This document shows positions 50,601-62,856 of a stretch of DNA of 64,000 nucleotides, piece after piece. How positions within the stretch are numbered: position 1 is the first letter of the stretch; each line of letters starts with the position of its first letter. A program made the position numbers and the translations under genes. Under the pieces are notes generated by a model that saw only the letters and a program-made list of their open reading frames with translations, was not told where the DNA came from and searched no databases. Source of the DNA: Rotaria socialis (taxonomy: Eukaryota); NCBI GenBank assembly GCA_905331295.1, contig CAJNYD010000057.1:1-64000 (forward strand), read 5' to 3'.

Positions 50601-51429
50601 AGCACTTGTCTCATAAACATGCATATTTGACTATTTCCGTTTTATGTTATTCATTAATATAAACATATAAAAATCGATCAATCATTGTGTCATCATAAGC
50701 AAATGCTTTCATGCTAATCGATTACTTCTATTATGCTGGGATTTGTCTTTGTCTTTGTCTTTGAATATTGATAATGTGAATTGTTAAATAACAATGGCCT
50801 TTTTCTTTTTCTTTTTCTTTCAATAGAGAATTTCTAATGGCAATTAATATAACAGGTACATATTTTTATTGTTATTGTATGTGTCATTATAAACAAAAAA
50901 ATGTTCGTTTGATTTTTAGCGAAAGGCAATCCTGAAAAGAAATTAAAATGGGCTTTCAAAATGTATGATATTGACTCAAATGGAAGTATTGATCGACAAG
51001 AAATGCTAAAAATTATTGAAGTAAGAATGAAGTCTTTTTCTTTTCTATAAAAATATTTTTTCTTTTGTCTATAGTCTATCTATGATTTACTCGGCGCTGG
51101 TGGTTCACAAAATGCATCGAATGGGATGAATCCAAGTCGTGATCCCGATGATACACCCGAAACTCGAACATCTCAAATATTTGCTGTTATGGTAAGATAA
51201 TTTTTCTTTTGTTTGCATCTAGTTCAGCTTCATAACTAATTTCTATTTGATTTTGTAATAGGATGAAGATAAAAATGGGTAAGAATCTTTATAATTATTT
51301 CTCTTGTATCAATTTTGTTGTGTACCTTTCTATAGAGTTATTACAGAAGAAGAATTCATTCGCGGCTGCATGTCTGATCGAGTTCTATATCAAATGTTAA
51401 CTGCCGATACAGGCGATCCGGACCGATAA
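47684..51429 (+). CDS. ncs-2: Neuronal calcium sensor (NCS-2/neurocalcin-like EF-hand protein); 7 exons
   Basis: [43 protein letters not shown]...[53 protein letters not shown]...|[17 protein letters not shown]; closely resembles recalled C. elegans NCS-2. Confidence 0.93.
49073..49375. mobile_element. hAT-like MITE in NCS intron 1
   Basis: TIRs CAGAGGCGG / CCGCCCCTG; 8 bp flanks TATATACT and TATATGCT (7/8 TSD); internal GAGGCTCA/TGAGCCTC motifs. Confidence 0.75.
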
Positions 51430-53016
51430 TAACTGATTTTGTGTGAATTATTCAACTTTCCTCAAGTAGTTCAATTGATTAATTTATCCAATGAACTTTA
51501 CTTAGAGTCATTGATAATCATGTTTATATGCTTGAAGAAAAACAGTACCAACGTTTGTTTTTCTTTTGACACTTCCATCTCTTAATATAAACATTTTGAG
51601 TCCTGTTTTTTTTGTTTTATTTCTTGTCTTGTGACTGTCAGAGTATATATTATGCTTATATAAAGTGTTTTTTTTCTTTTCTTTTCTTTATTCAAGTAAA
51701 GAATAATAATAAGATAAAAAATTACTAAATAAAAAAAGATGGCAATTAAATTTAAACGGAAATTCATTTGACTACAAAATATTTTATGAAAGGACAAAAT
51801 TGAAATTTTCAAATGAGTTTTCTTGAGAATGATGAAGCTTTTTCTTTAAAGAAATTAATTATTTTCAATGAATAAATGAATGACTATCCTACCTATTATG
51901 ATTTGGCTCAGAACAGAAAACATAATTTACTGCATAGAATTTCGAAGTACAAACGTTCTTTTCCTCTACTGAAATATTTACATGACAATGCCAACTAGAT
52001 TTTCTAATAAAAGAATATTATATCATATGTTATATACTTAATGAAGTTTTCTTTTATTATCAAAATAACCTTTTATATTAATTGAAAAAGATCTATGAAT
52101 ATGAAACTTATTTAATCGTGAATCAAAATATAGCTTGTCATTATCCATATGAGAAAGCTGTATTTAAATGAATTTTCTCCTGGCTGATTACAAAATTGAA
52201 ATATGTCTTATTATTTTAGCCATTAAACTTAGCGTCTAACAATGCAGAGAACATTTCCATTGTCTTTGTTGTTGATTTTGTTCAGGCGAATAGTTTTTCT
52301 ATTTCGATCACACAAAGAAATTTGAATCTCTAAACGATTCAATTCATCGCACTAAATGATTTCGATAGCTACGAATTGAGTAGAGATACACCGGTTTAAG
52401 ATTCAGATTAAAACTTAATCGACTTTATATATATATGTCGAATGGAATTCAACGCTTCATCGAAGCACTGTGTATAATGAAATCTAATAAAGTGCTTCAG
52501 GATTAACCAGCCAACGCCTGTTCCACATCACCGTTTTAGGCAGAGTCATTGAAATCATAATCATCAATAATAGCATTTCACTTTATCCTAACTACTTGAT
52601 GAAACATTGCTAAATTCAATCTTTTGATACGGTAATCATTTGCCCGCAATAATGCAAGGAAAATTCGAACCACATTTTGACGCTCAAAAGAGCAATCAAA
52701 AATCATCACGATAACGTGTAGAGTTCTCAGTGAATTTATAGATATTGTATAGACACTATCAAAGGAGGCGTACGCTCATATCCTGTAAGCAGATCATCGC
52801 ACTTCCACTTCTATCGTCTATTTAATAAGCCATAAGCGTCATGGTTATGGAGACTATCAGGCTAAATCACATGGTATCTTGTTCTTGTCTCAAAACATTG
52901 ACTGGGCATTTTCATATTCTATTCTTTCGATTGTAATAAGATATTCTAAGCCGCACAATATCAGTCTTATCATATAACAACTTTTATGTATCCTACATTC
53001 TAAACAAAAACGTAGT

Positions 53017-53282
53017 TTTACCGAATCCTCCAAAAAGGTTCCATAGGCGTCTAAAAGCTTCAAAATACGTTCACAGACTTGAAAAAGCGATTCTTAAAAT
53101 CTACGAAACCTTTTTTCGCTGTGTAGAACTTAAAAAAGATTTGGTAGGAGATAGTTCGGATCGTCTGGCCGCAATCAGATTCTTGTAAGGTTTCGTAGAT
53201 CTTAAGAATCGCTTTTTCAAGTCTATGAACGCATTTGGAGGCTTTTAGACACCTATGAAGCCTTTTTGGAGGATTCGGTAAA
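53017..53282. mobile_element. Foldback MITE with ~95 bp arms
   Basis: TTTACCGAATCCTCCAAAAAGG...GACTTGAAAAAGCGATTCTTAAAATCTACGAAACCTT pairs with AAGGTTTCGTAGATCTTAAGAATCGCTTTTTCAAGTC...GGAGGATTCGGTAAA. Confidence 0.85.
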
Positions 53283-54607
53283 GTTACCATTCGGAAGCGT
53301 ACCACTCAATACACGACTTTCTTCAGATTAGCTGAAATTGACACGATTTGTCGAGCTCAGTAAGCTAATCATTTTGGTACAAAATACGTATAGGCTAGCA
53401 TATTGACTTCAGTCAAAATTAGCAGAAATACGATTTCACGAATTTTTGAAATAAATAAAAGAATCCATCTATTGTGAGAACATTATCTCCCATATTTTAA
53501 CATTCAGAACAACAAACTATATATATTCTGATAGCCCAAGCTCAGCTCTATCGAGCTTCAAACGAACAAAATCGCTCTACTCTAGAAACAAAAAAGATTT
53601 TTAGCACTGCACTCGACTTTACTACAGAAAAAGGTAAACACATTCTAGCAGAACCCTTCCGAATTTGGCTGAAAATCGGTATAATACATTTTGTAGAGCG
53701 TCAACTGCTCTATCTTCTGGTGTACATATTTTCACCCGACTTTTATTCTTGTCCACTAGATATCCTAGATGTTTTTCCACTCCTGTTTTTGGTTAAATTT
53801 CAATTCCAATCTGAGAATTTTTATAGAAGCGACTGCATGAAATGGTGTGAAAATTTCAATTCAACCAGATCTCAAGTAGTGGATGACAAAGATTGTGAAA
53901 TTTTACAACCCAGCACGTTTTCTTTCATATCGCACTATGGTTGTAATGCATAAAAATCATCGTTACATTGTTTTATTTCGAAATTTATCTTTCTCAATAA
54001 AACTTGTTGGAGTATTTTTTTTCTCATGAGAATGTGTGGATCTCAAAGATTTAACTATTTCTTTCGAATACTTCTATTCTTGTTAATCTCAATACTATTT
54101 TTTCAATTGTTCCAATATCAATATATCCTACATGAGTAAAACATTTTTCATATTCAATTCCGAGAGGTTGATAAAGCGTACATCGTATTGTTTCTTCAGG
54201 AAATTGACCAGTTGGAATGAAGCAAGATACTTTCCTTTCGGATCTGATGGTGCGCGTTCAACGTTGCTTGCTCCACTGAGTCGCACAGGATGAGAACACC
54301 ACGCTTTTGACTGAGTCATCAAATTCAAAGACAATAGATTGTTCACAGAAACAATAAATTCAACAATACGATTTGCGACACTCACTCTAAAAAAACTAGG
54401 TTTTTTACAGAACCTAAAAAAGATTCTTATCCTCGGCACACCGTCAGATCCTTTTTTTGGTTTTGTAAAAGTGAGGTTTCGTATCAACCCCCTTCACGAA
54501 AATTTAAAAAAAGGGTTTCGTAGCAATGGTTTCGTACAAAGCCTTGTAGAAATCATTCAAAAAAAGGTTTCGTACCCGACAAAGGTTCTGTTGAAAATTT
54601 CATTTAA

Positions 54608-54841
54608 CTCTCTGCTGCCGCCCGCGGTATGCTCACTATTCAAGTATTTCTCAAAACCCGAGTATGGTGTACATCAAATGCATCAAAAGTAAGATGAAAT
54701 AGTCTATAGAGTAATTTTCTGCATTCAAGGAAAATCATTCTAAAGACTATTTCATCTTACTTTTGATTCATTTGATGTATACCATAGTCGGGTTTTGAGA
54801 AAAACTCGAATAGTATGCATACCGCGGGCGACAGCACAGGG
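54608..54841. mobile_element. piggyBac-like palindromic MITE
   Basis: TTAA on both sides (54604-54607, 54842-54845); ends CTCT... and ...AGGG; the whole element is a hairpin of ~110 bp arms with a short loop. Confidence 0.85.
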
Positions 54842-54919
54842 TTAAAGCAAAAGTCACCCGTGATTTCCATAATTGAAACAACCAAAAATACGGAAACGAA
54901 TAAATATAATCATTTTATA

Positions 54920-55305
54920 GGATCAAACTTACTTCACTATTCTTTTACGTGAAACAATCTAAAATAAACAAATTAGCGAAAATTTATTATTTCTCAAAAT
55001 CAGACTTACCTAAAACTCCATATCTATATTAACCTAGATTTACAAAAACGAATAATTCTTTGATTTGCTAAGAGAGAACTTACCTAAAACTACGTATAAG
55101 CATCAACCTTGAACAAAAAACAAATCAAATAAATTAAATTATACACGATCAAACTCACTTGAAATTCCCTCTTTGAGGCCTTCTATAATTAAACAGAACA
55201 TATTTCTATTATTTTACGAAAAAAAAACTTAAAACCTTCTACATGCATGAATCAATAACAAAGAAAAAAATTATTCTCTTTCATCGCATCAAATTTACCC
55301 CGAAA
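54920..55305. repeat. Degenerate ~75 bp-period minisatellite
   Basis: An ATCAAACTTAC/AACTTACCTAAAACT-like core recurs near 54922, 54999, 55077, 55147, 55226 and 55288. Confidence 0.5.
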
Positions 55306-55313
55306 TTGACGGT

Positions 55314-55596
55314 AGAGTTGAAATAAAATGTGAACCATGTGAAATTTGGACTCCTGATCGGCGGATTTTCTTAGCCATGAAAGCCCGGAGAGAAAAACTG
55401 ATAACGGATTTGGACTCAGGAACCCCGATAAGCTATAGGAAACTTTGATCAGAATTTAGATCAGAGTTGAAATAAATAGTCTACCTTATGAAATTTGGAT
55501 TCATGATCGGCGAATTTTCTCAGCCATGAAAGGTCGGATGCAAAAACTTATCGCGGATTTGGGCTCTGGGAGCCCAATAATGTATAGAAAGTTTGA
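55314..55596. repeat. Tandem duplication, 149 bp period, two diverged copies
   Basis: AGAGTTGAAATAAA...TGAAATTTGGA...TGATCGGCG...AGCCATGAAAG starts at 55314 and again at 55463. Confidence 0.85.
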
Positions 55597-55966
55597 CATA
55601 TATAAAAAGCCTGTGAAAAGTGTATTGCAAAAACTAAGAAACCTTGAGATAGTGGACGAAACGAGCGCTAATTTGGTCGGTATTTTACAAAACCTTAAAG
55701 CACACCAGAAAGGGTGAAACAGTTGGATAGAAATAATACAAAAATTTTGGATCGTGAACAAATATATCAGTCGGTTTGTGGCAAAGATTCCAAACCTCGA
55801 GAATGTCTACGGAACTTTCAGTGGTTTGGTACAAAATATACGAAACTTTGACATGGATAATAAATTGGAAATCGGTCAGCTCAACAAGTACGAAACCTTC
55901 GGACGGTCCGCGAAACCAACAGTGGTTCCGTGGACGTATTACGAAACCTTAAAGCCGAGTAGCAAG

Positions 55967-56391
55967 TAGGGGTGGGCCATTAACATTAATTTAAAAATTA
56001 ATGTTAATGTTTTTCATTAACCATTAATATTAATGTTTAATGTTTTCTGAGAAAAACTCAGTTCATTAATATTAATGATTAATGAAAAGCATTAACATTA
56101 ATTTTTAAATTAATGTTTTCATTAATCATTAATATTAATGTCAATGTTCTTGAATGATATTAACGGTTAACGGAAACATTCACCATTAGTATGAAGTAAT
56201 GTTTTCGTTAATATTAGGGATTATATTTTCATTAATCATTAATATTAATGTTAATGTTTTCATTAAAATTAATGACTTAATATTAATGGTTAATGTTTTC
56301 ATGAAAGCATTATAACTTTCCATATTAAGTAATTAACACTTTCGGAGAAAACATTAGCTATTAAGATCAGTTAATTGATTAATAATTGTAG
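55967..56391. repeat. TTAATG/CATTAA-rich low-complexity array starting at TAGGGGTGGG (likely element terminus), truncated by the gap
   Basis: Dense ATTAATATTAATG and CATTAAC motifs in both orientations. Confidence 0.7.
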
Positions 56392-56491
56392 NNNNNNNNN
56401 NNNNNNNNNNNNNNNNNNNNNNNNNNNNNNNNNNNNNNNNNNNNNNNNNNNNNNNNNNNNNNNNNNNNNNNNNNNNNNNNNNNNNNNNNNN
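56392..56491. other. Assembly gap (100 N)
   Basis: Run of N. Confidence 1.
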
Positions 56492-57870
56492 TTAAAAGTG
56501 AATACTCGCATTTCTTTTTTTCTACTTTCATAATTATAAAATATGAGATTTCTAATCATAGGCGTATGATTGAATGAGACATCACACCGTAATAAATCGA
56601 ACATCTCGTATTATTTAAAAAAAAACGGTTATCGTTTGAATCCAAAAAAAATATTGTGTCATACAGGATGTTCTAAATGTGATTCAAAGCTTTATTTCAT
56701 ATAAATCCACTTCGAACTATTATTTCATTTCTATTAAGAACACCATTGTGACTTTCCAAAAGTGGACACTATAGAATATTCGTTTCAACATATGCTACAA
56801 GACATATCCTGATTGTATTCTTTTTGATACATATAAGCATATATCGGTCTAATCTTACACTAATGATAGGATCTCCAAAAACCAGGTACTCACTGCCTAT
56901 AATCAGACGATATTCACATTGCAGAGAAGTTTTTGTAATAAAAATAGTCCAATCAAACCCAAGACCGTTCTTAGTAAGGAACGAATCACTAGTGATGCTT
57001 GAAATAATCCAAAATTACATTAGAAAAAAAATACATTAAACACCAGATTAGTATTGAGATGATATTTCTAATGAATTGAAAATATCGATTAACACATTTA
57101 GGAACAATTGATAAAAATTTTTTGTTTTCTTACCAATTTCTCCGCTTTGACAGCTACTTAGTATTGTTTTCTTTTAGACATTAATCAATTGATTGATGCA
57201 TACAATATAAAACTGTCGCATCTCAATCGTCTCCTGTCAATTCATTCTGAACGTCCATTATTGATGTTCTCATATAAGATGAGTTATTAAATATACTTTG
57301 CTCATTTGTTTATAATATGATTTCAACATTTCTATCGAACTCCTAGTCTATCGAATGTAATCTAGTGATGAAGAGCTCTACAACAATTTCATTTTCTTTA
57401 AAATGATATATTACTGTTGGCAAAAAAGACTTGTCTGAATTTTAGTCTATTCTCTGTCCATGAAATAGGTTCATTATCAAAAAACAATTCATGAGAAAAA
57501 TTCTTGACGATCCTCTAGACTCATTTTAAGTATGAGATATTAACGGGCGTTTTAAACGACTATAATTATAGAAATTCTGATAAATCCGCCGAGTAGGACC
57601 GTTCCGTTCTGATATGATCCGACGTGTTCCGGTGATACTGATTCAGCCGGATCACGTCGTATACGGGTCTATCGTATCGTTTGACCTGATCGTTTCCGCC
57701 ATGGCAAATCTGACCGGTTCTTGGAGAATCAGGTGATCAGGTGTCATAAGAAAACAGAGAAAACAATCGAAATTCACCAGAAAATAACCGACCAAATCCG
57801 ATCACCATATGACATCGGAATTATAACTCTGCTCGACAAGATCCGACTGATCGATAATGATCTGGGTTAA

Positions 57871-58659
57871 TCTATTTTAACAGTTAAATGTGAAAACTTT
57901 GCTGCTTCAGCGTTAGAATAGTGCTATTTTAGTAATCCAAAGCCCTGAAGAGTGTTCCAATATTTTAAATAATAGATAAACACGAAATGCGTCGGCGAAA
58001 TTAATCTTTGCATTAATCTTTACAGAAATTATTTCAGATTCAAGCACATTTAGAATTTAAATTTACATTATACGCATATCTATTTTCGACTTTAATCGAT
58101 TGCTGAAAAACAAGAGTTGAGATTGGTAGATTAATTTGTCTTTTCGTTAAAAGATAGGTTAATCTGTTTTCGAATTGATTTAAGCACACCCTCATCCTCT
58201 GCACTTTTTCAGTACGTCTTGTCTTTACGATATCCATCAACAAAACTCAAGGGCAATCAATAAAAGTTGCTGGCATTAATCTAGAGTCTTTTTGCTTTTT
58301 TCATGGCCAATTATATGTAGCATGTTCAAGAGTTAAAACTGGCAAGAATTGTATGTCTTTGCTGCTAATGCAAAAACTAAGAGCATTGTGTATTAGGCAG
58401 CTTTACAATAAAAATTGTATTTCAATGCATGTGATCTATCTTGAAATAGAAAAGTTCTCAAAACGGAAAAATACTTATAAAGAATGAAAACATTTTAAAA
58501 ACTTTTAAAATGCTAGAAAGAATAAAAGGGAAAAGATACTGCAGCGTATTTTTCAAAATTCAAGGTCTGCAACTTATAGAAAACCACATGACCATTATTT
58601 TCCTATATGTCCAACAGAAAATATTGATTTTACCGGGTAACGTCGGGTACTCCAGCTAA
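57871..58659 (+). mobile_element. Internally deleted Helitron with both termini
   Basis: 5' A|TCTATTTTAA; 3' hairpin-like CCGGGTAACGTCGG then CAGCTAA|T (CTRR end, AT target). Internal 58206-58411 reads FSVRLVFTISINKTQGQSIKVAGINLESFCFFHGQLYVACSRV, the PIF1-type RepHel C-terminal motifs, followed by a frameshift and a stop. Confidence 0.88.
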
Positions 58660-59470
58660 TATATCATAAAAATGAAGAAAAATTTCATTAATCTTAGCAT
58701 TGAAATGTGTCATTGAAAATGGTTTTATTCATATCAAGTAATCAAACATCATTGATGATTCCTAAACGATCAACTTTTACAATATTGAATAACATAACTA
58801 CTTCATCAACATCACCATTAATATCATCGACAAGAAATAGACAATCATAATGCTATTTATACTAGATGATTCAAAAGCATTTATTGAATATACAGATTTA
58901 TCAATCCTATTGAAAAATTAGCACAATTACAATAACAATGTTCATCATATATAAGCAACTAGTGCATATTCAATTAATAAACATTTTTGTCAATAAGGAT
59001 AATATGATTATTAAAAAGACTTGTATAATTCTAGATGTTAGTATCATTCAAATTACATTCTTCAATAAAAACGAACAATATTAACTATGATAATTGATCA
59101 TCACATAGGCAATTATTTTAATTCATTGATGATAATTTTCATTTAATGGTTTACGAGTTCGTTCATGATTTTGCTTTTTTTCTCTGATAAACAAAAAATA
59201 ATTTTCAATATGCTTTTTAATTGACCCGAAGAACGATTTTCACTATATCTATAATGAAATCAAGCTCCACGATAGTAACCATGGAAAATACAAGAAAAAA
59301 GAACCATGAAAAGAATCATATAGCAATATACACCGTTTTTAACAGTGACAATGAAAAAACAAACAAAGCGAACAAGACGACAAGAATAATAGCAACAACA
59401 GTAACATCGCACTTGATAGAGTCACAACATTCATAGGTTTTGATACCTGAAAAAGTCAACAATTGAATCA

Positions 59471-59731
59471 TTATGGTTGTATATTGAGTTGATTTCGTTC
59501 TAAATGACAATTATTCCAAGTTTCCTCAAAAAATATCGTACGGTGAAGTAATCGTATTGACTTACCTAATAGTAGTTTTTCTTTCTCTTTTACAAGACGA
59601 GGATGAGTGCATGAGTTGCGTTCGAATTGGTCAAATTCATCAATCGAAATTCCTTGTTGGCGAACAATCTTATCGCGAATCATTGCTTCGAAATTGTCGA
59701 TGTCATCAATTAGTTGAACCAATTGTTCAAG
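59471..59731 (-). other. Two apparent terminal coding exons (59731-59566, 59499-59471) of an unidentified gene or pseudogene
   Basis: Acceptor at 59733-59732; open frame LEQLVQLIDDIDNFEAMIRDK...; GTAAGT donor and 66 nt intron; ends ERNQLNIQP*. Upstream exons not located. Confidence 0.4.
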
Positions 59732-59794
59732 CTAAAATGAAATAAAATAAAATTACATTTGATATAATGAAAAAGATAATGAATTTTATTATAT

Positions 59795-60180
59795 GATGCG
59801 TTCGGAGAATATCTCCGGAAACTCGATTAAGCGCTAGGGAACCAAACCTATCAGATATAACAGATATAAAAATATACAGCGTATATGAGTCTAGGAGGCA
59901 CAGGAGTTATAGAAGATATAGGAGATATTTTTTCTCTCTTTCATCTCTTCATTTTATTTAATTATAACTCAACTAAAATAAAATTTTCTTTCACAGATAT
60001 TACTGATATCAATATTTATTTTTTGAGCCTTGCTCGTTGTTTAGCAATCTCCTATATCACCTATAATTCCTGTGCTCCCAAGACCTCCTAGACTCCCTAT
60101 ATGCTCTATATCTGTTATATCTGCTAGGTTTGGTTCCCTAGCACTTAATCGAGTTTCCGGGGATATTTTCGGAACGCATC
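59795..60180. mobile_element. Foldback MITE with ~130 bp imperfect arms
   Basis: GATGCGTTCGGAGAATATCTCCGGAAACTCGATTAAGCGCTAGGGAACCAAACCTA pairs with TAGGTTTGGTTCCCTAGCACTTAATCGAGTTTCCGGGGATATTTTCGGAACGCATC. Confidence 0.88.
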
Positions 60181-62566
60181 TAATCTGAGTAGCTGCCTAG
60201 TTCGACTTCGAATATAAATGGACAAAGAACCACTTTCATGTTTTCACACCAACCGCGGAAAAAGATTTTCTTTTTATAAATTATAAAATTGGGATGTGGG
60301 TAAGTTTGTAGATCCGCGTGCTTCCGCCTTTTCTGACACCCACACTTGGGATAATGTGATGTGTTTGCGTTTGTGGAGGATACTGTTTCAAATTGTCAGC
60401 TTTACTGCTTAAAACTAGTTGTTGCAAACTTCATCCTTAAGGGTTCATTGTAAATCTGTTTAAAAGTATAGCATACATAGTTAGATATTGCAGAGAAGAT
60501 AGCCGGGGAGGAAGTGGAGTTAACTCGAATCTTCAATATAAACTCCCTAACTCGATTTTTAGTTGAAAGTTTGGAGTCCGAAAGCTTTGCTAAACTAAGC
60601 TGAGACTAGCAAAATATGAATTTATTGTCAAGAGGTGTGCCAAAAATAAATTTCAGGCCTGTAGTATTTTTTTTAGCTAGGAGATAGGGACTGCCAAATA
60701 TTGGTTCGAAAGCGATATTTCCTTTCATTGATGGGATAATTTATAAGATGGAAATCTAAATCTAAACCTATGCCTAAATTATAAATGGGCTGCCAATTTG
60801 GCGATCTTTTTCTTTTGTTTTGGGATGGTTTTCAAATGGTTGTAATTTTTTTCTTTTATATTCGAAGTCGAATAGGCATTTCATGAGGAAAAACCTCTTG
60901 GAAATTCTTTCAAATGAAATATATTCGATTAGAACGAAAGTTGTGAACACATGCGTGATTAATTTCATAAAATTGCTAGGCAGTGGCGATATCTGCGACC
61001 ACTACCTCTCTCTTTGTTCTCATATATATCTTCTATTGGCCAAGAGACCTAAGTGAAATTGTATAAGAGGAGAAGTTAGGGTGTTGAAGAAAGTAGACAA
61101 GTTAGTGTACAGACTAGCAAAAATGAAATTCTTTTTTAATGGAAAATGAATTCTTTTCAACAAATGACTCGGTTGACTCGAACTCGTCCATTTCTGCATC
61201 TTATCCCCCGCTAAAATATTAATTTTCGTCGAATGTTTCGATTTTGTGAATTGGAGCGTTTTAGATAAAACAAAGTGTATGATATCCAACGCACTATATC
61301 TTATTCATTTTACGATGAGCTCTAAGGAGTTTACATCAGTTTTTCCTCAAACCTTATACTCTACAAAGCTGCCTGGCAAAAATTCTTTCTTGTTTTTTAA
61401 AAATAGCGTTTTTCTTCTTTTAACGTTTCCGTAGTCTCCTAATTTCCCCATCATTTTAAACGCCATAGGGCTGCTGCTGGTCTCACCACGAAGACAGTAA
61501 TCAACTCTATAACTAAACAGAGCCGAACTTTTAGATTTTACGATTATAGTCCCATGAGGTTTAACTATTTATTTGACAATGCACACCATGTGCTTGTTAT
61601 GTCTTGTCAGAAAAGGTTGAAAAAAAAGACACTACATGAAAAAAAGAATCAGACTCTGTAAATTCATAGCACCGAATCCGGTATATATTTTAAAACTATC
61701 GGATCTTTCTAGCATTGAAAATAGTAGAGAAATTTTGGAAACGCCACAGTAGTGTCAAACTTGAGACTTGAACTCAATTGAAAATCTAAATTTGCAACTT
61801 TCAACTGATAGCGATTTATGTGTGAGTCATGATTCTTGAAAATGCTATCGGCTTAAAATTTGAAAGCTAAAAATTTCAATTTCAATTGAATGCAAGTTTC
61901 ATGTTTGACATATATGGAGATGTTACGGTCCTTGAGAATTTGATATCTCACAAAAAAAAACATTGTTTTTGTATGAGATTTTTCAATATTCCAATTCAAA
62001 GTAAAACATTTTTTATTGAATTTTGTTTAGACCAGTATTTCTTGTCAACAGTAAAAACTCCAATTAAACGGCCATGACCCTAGAAGAACAGTGCATTGAA
62101 CAGAGCTTTTTCTCATCTCAAGAGACTGGATCTAATCGTGAATGTTCCTCTTCGAAATACTTCTAATGAAAACACATATCACCATGAGAATTTTCCTCGG
62201 CCTTTAAGATCCAATAATCGTTGCACGTTTTTATTTTCTTTCTAGAAAAAAAACTTTTTTTCAATATTGATTTTCTTGCAATTGTCTATGACAAACATGA
62301 AAACCTCGATTATTCGGCTATTTGACCGTATTGATCCACCACAAAATAGTATGCTTTTTCCTTATTTTTTTTACCTCCTACATAATCTTTGTTTGACTTA
62401 ATGAGAAACACTTTCTTGGTGAAAATTTATGTCTTTCTCTTGCCTTTCGTATTTTACGATAAGAATTATTATGTTCAATTTTTTTCACTTTTTCAAGGTC
62501 AAGGCTACATCATTTGCCCTTGTGGTAAGCTGTGTAAAAAATCAAAGATACGATGGATCAAGTATC

Positions 62567-62856
62567 CCCATGTCAAAAAATATGGTCAGTATACGGCCGT
62601 TTCCGGTGAAAAAACGATATCTAAACGGATCGTATGCGGCCATGATACTGGATGCACGAATACGGCCGTATCGTAATGAAAATCCGGCGTATATACGACC
62701 GTATACGGCGAAAATACGGTATCGTTTACAGTGCCGTATTACTGCATCTAGTACTACGGGAAAATACGGGCAGTTTATTGCCGTAAAGATGTCGTTTCCC
62801 TATAGTTTACTTTCAGAAAACGGACCGTAAACGATATCCATTTTGATCGACCTGGA
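62567..62856. mobile_element. CCCAGGTCGA-family element with TACGG/CCGTA internal repeats, apparently inserted in a coding-like exon
   Basis: Ends CCCATGTCAA and TCGACCTGGA; many TACGG/CCGTA motifs inside. Confidence 0.65.

Noticed and set aside
62050..62245. Minus-strand LCSMHCSSRV, reminiscent of a transposase CxxH motif
   Set aside because: The frame has several stops and the motif is too short to support a call without a search.
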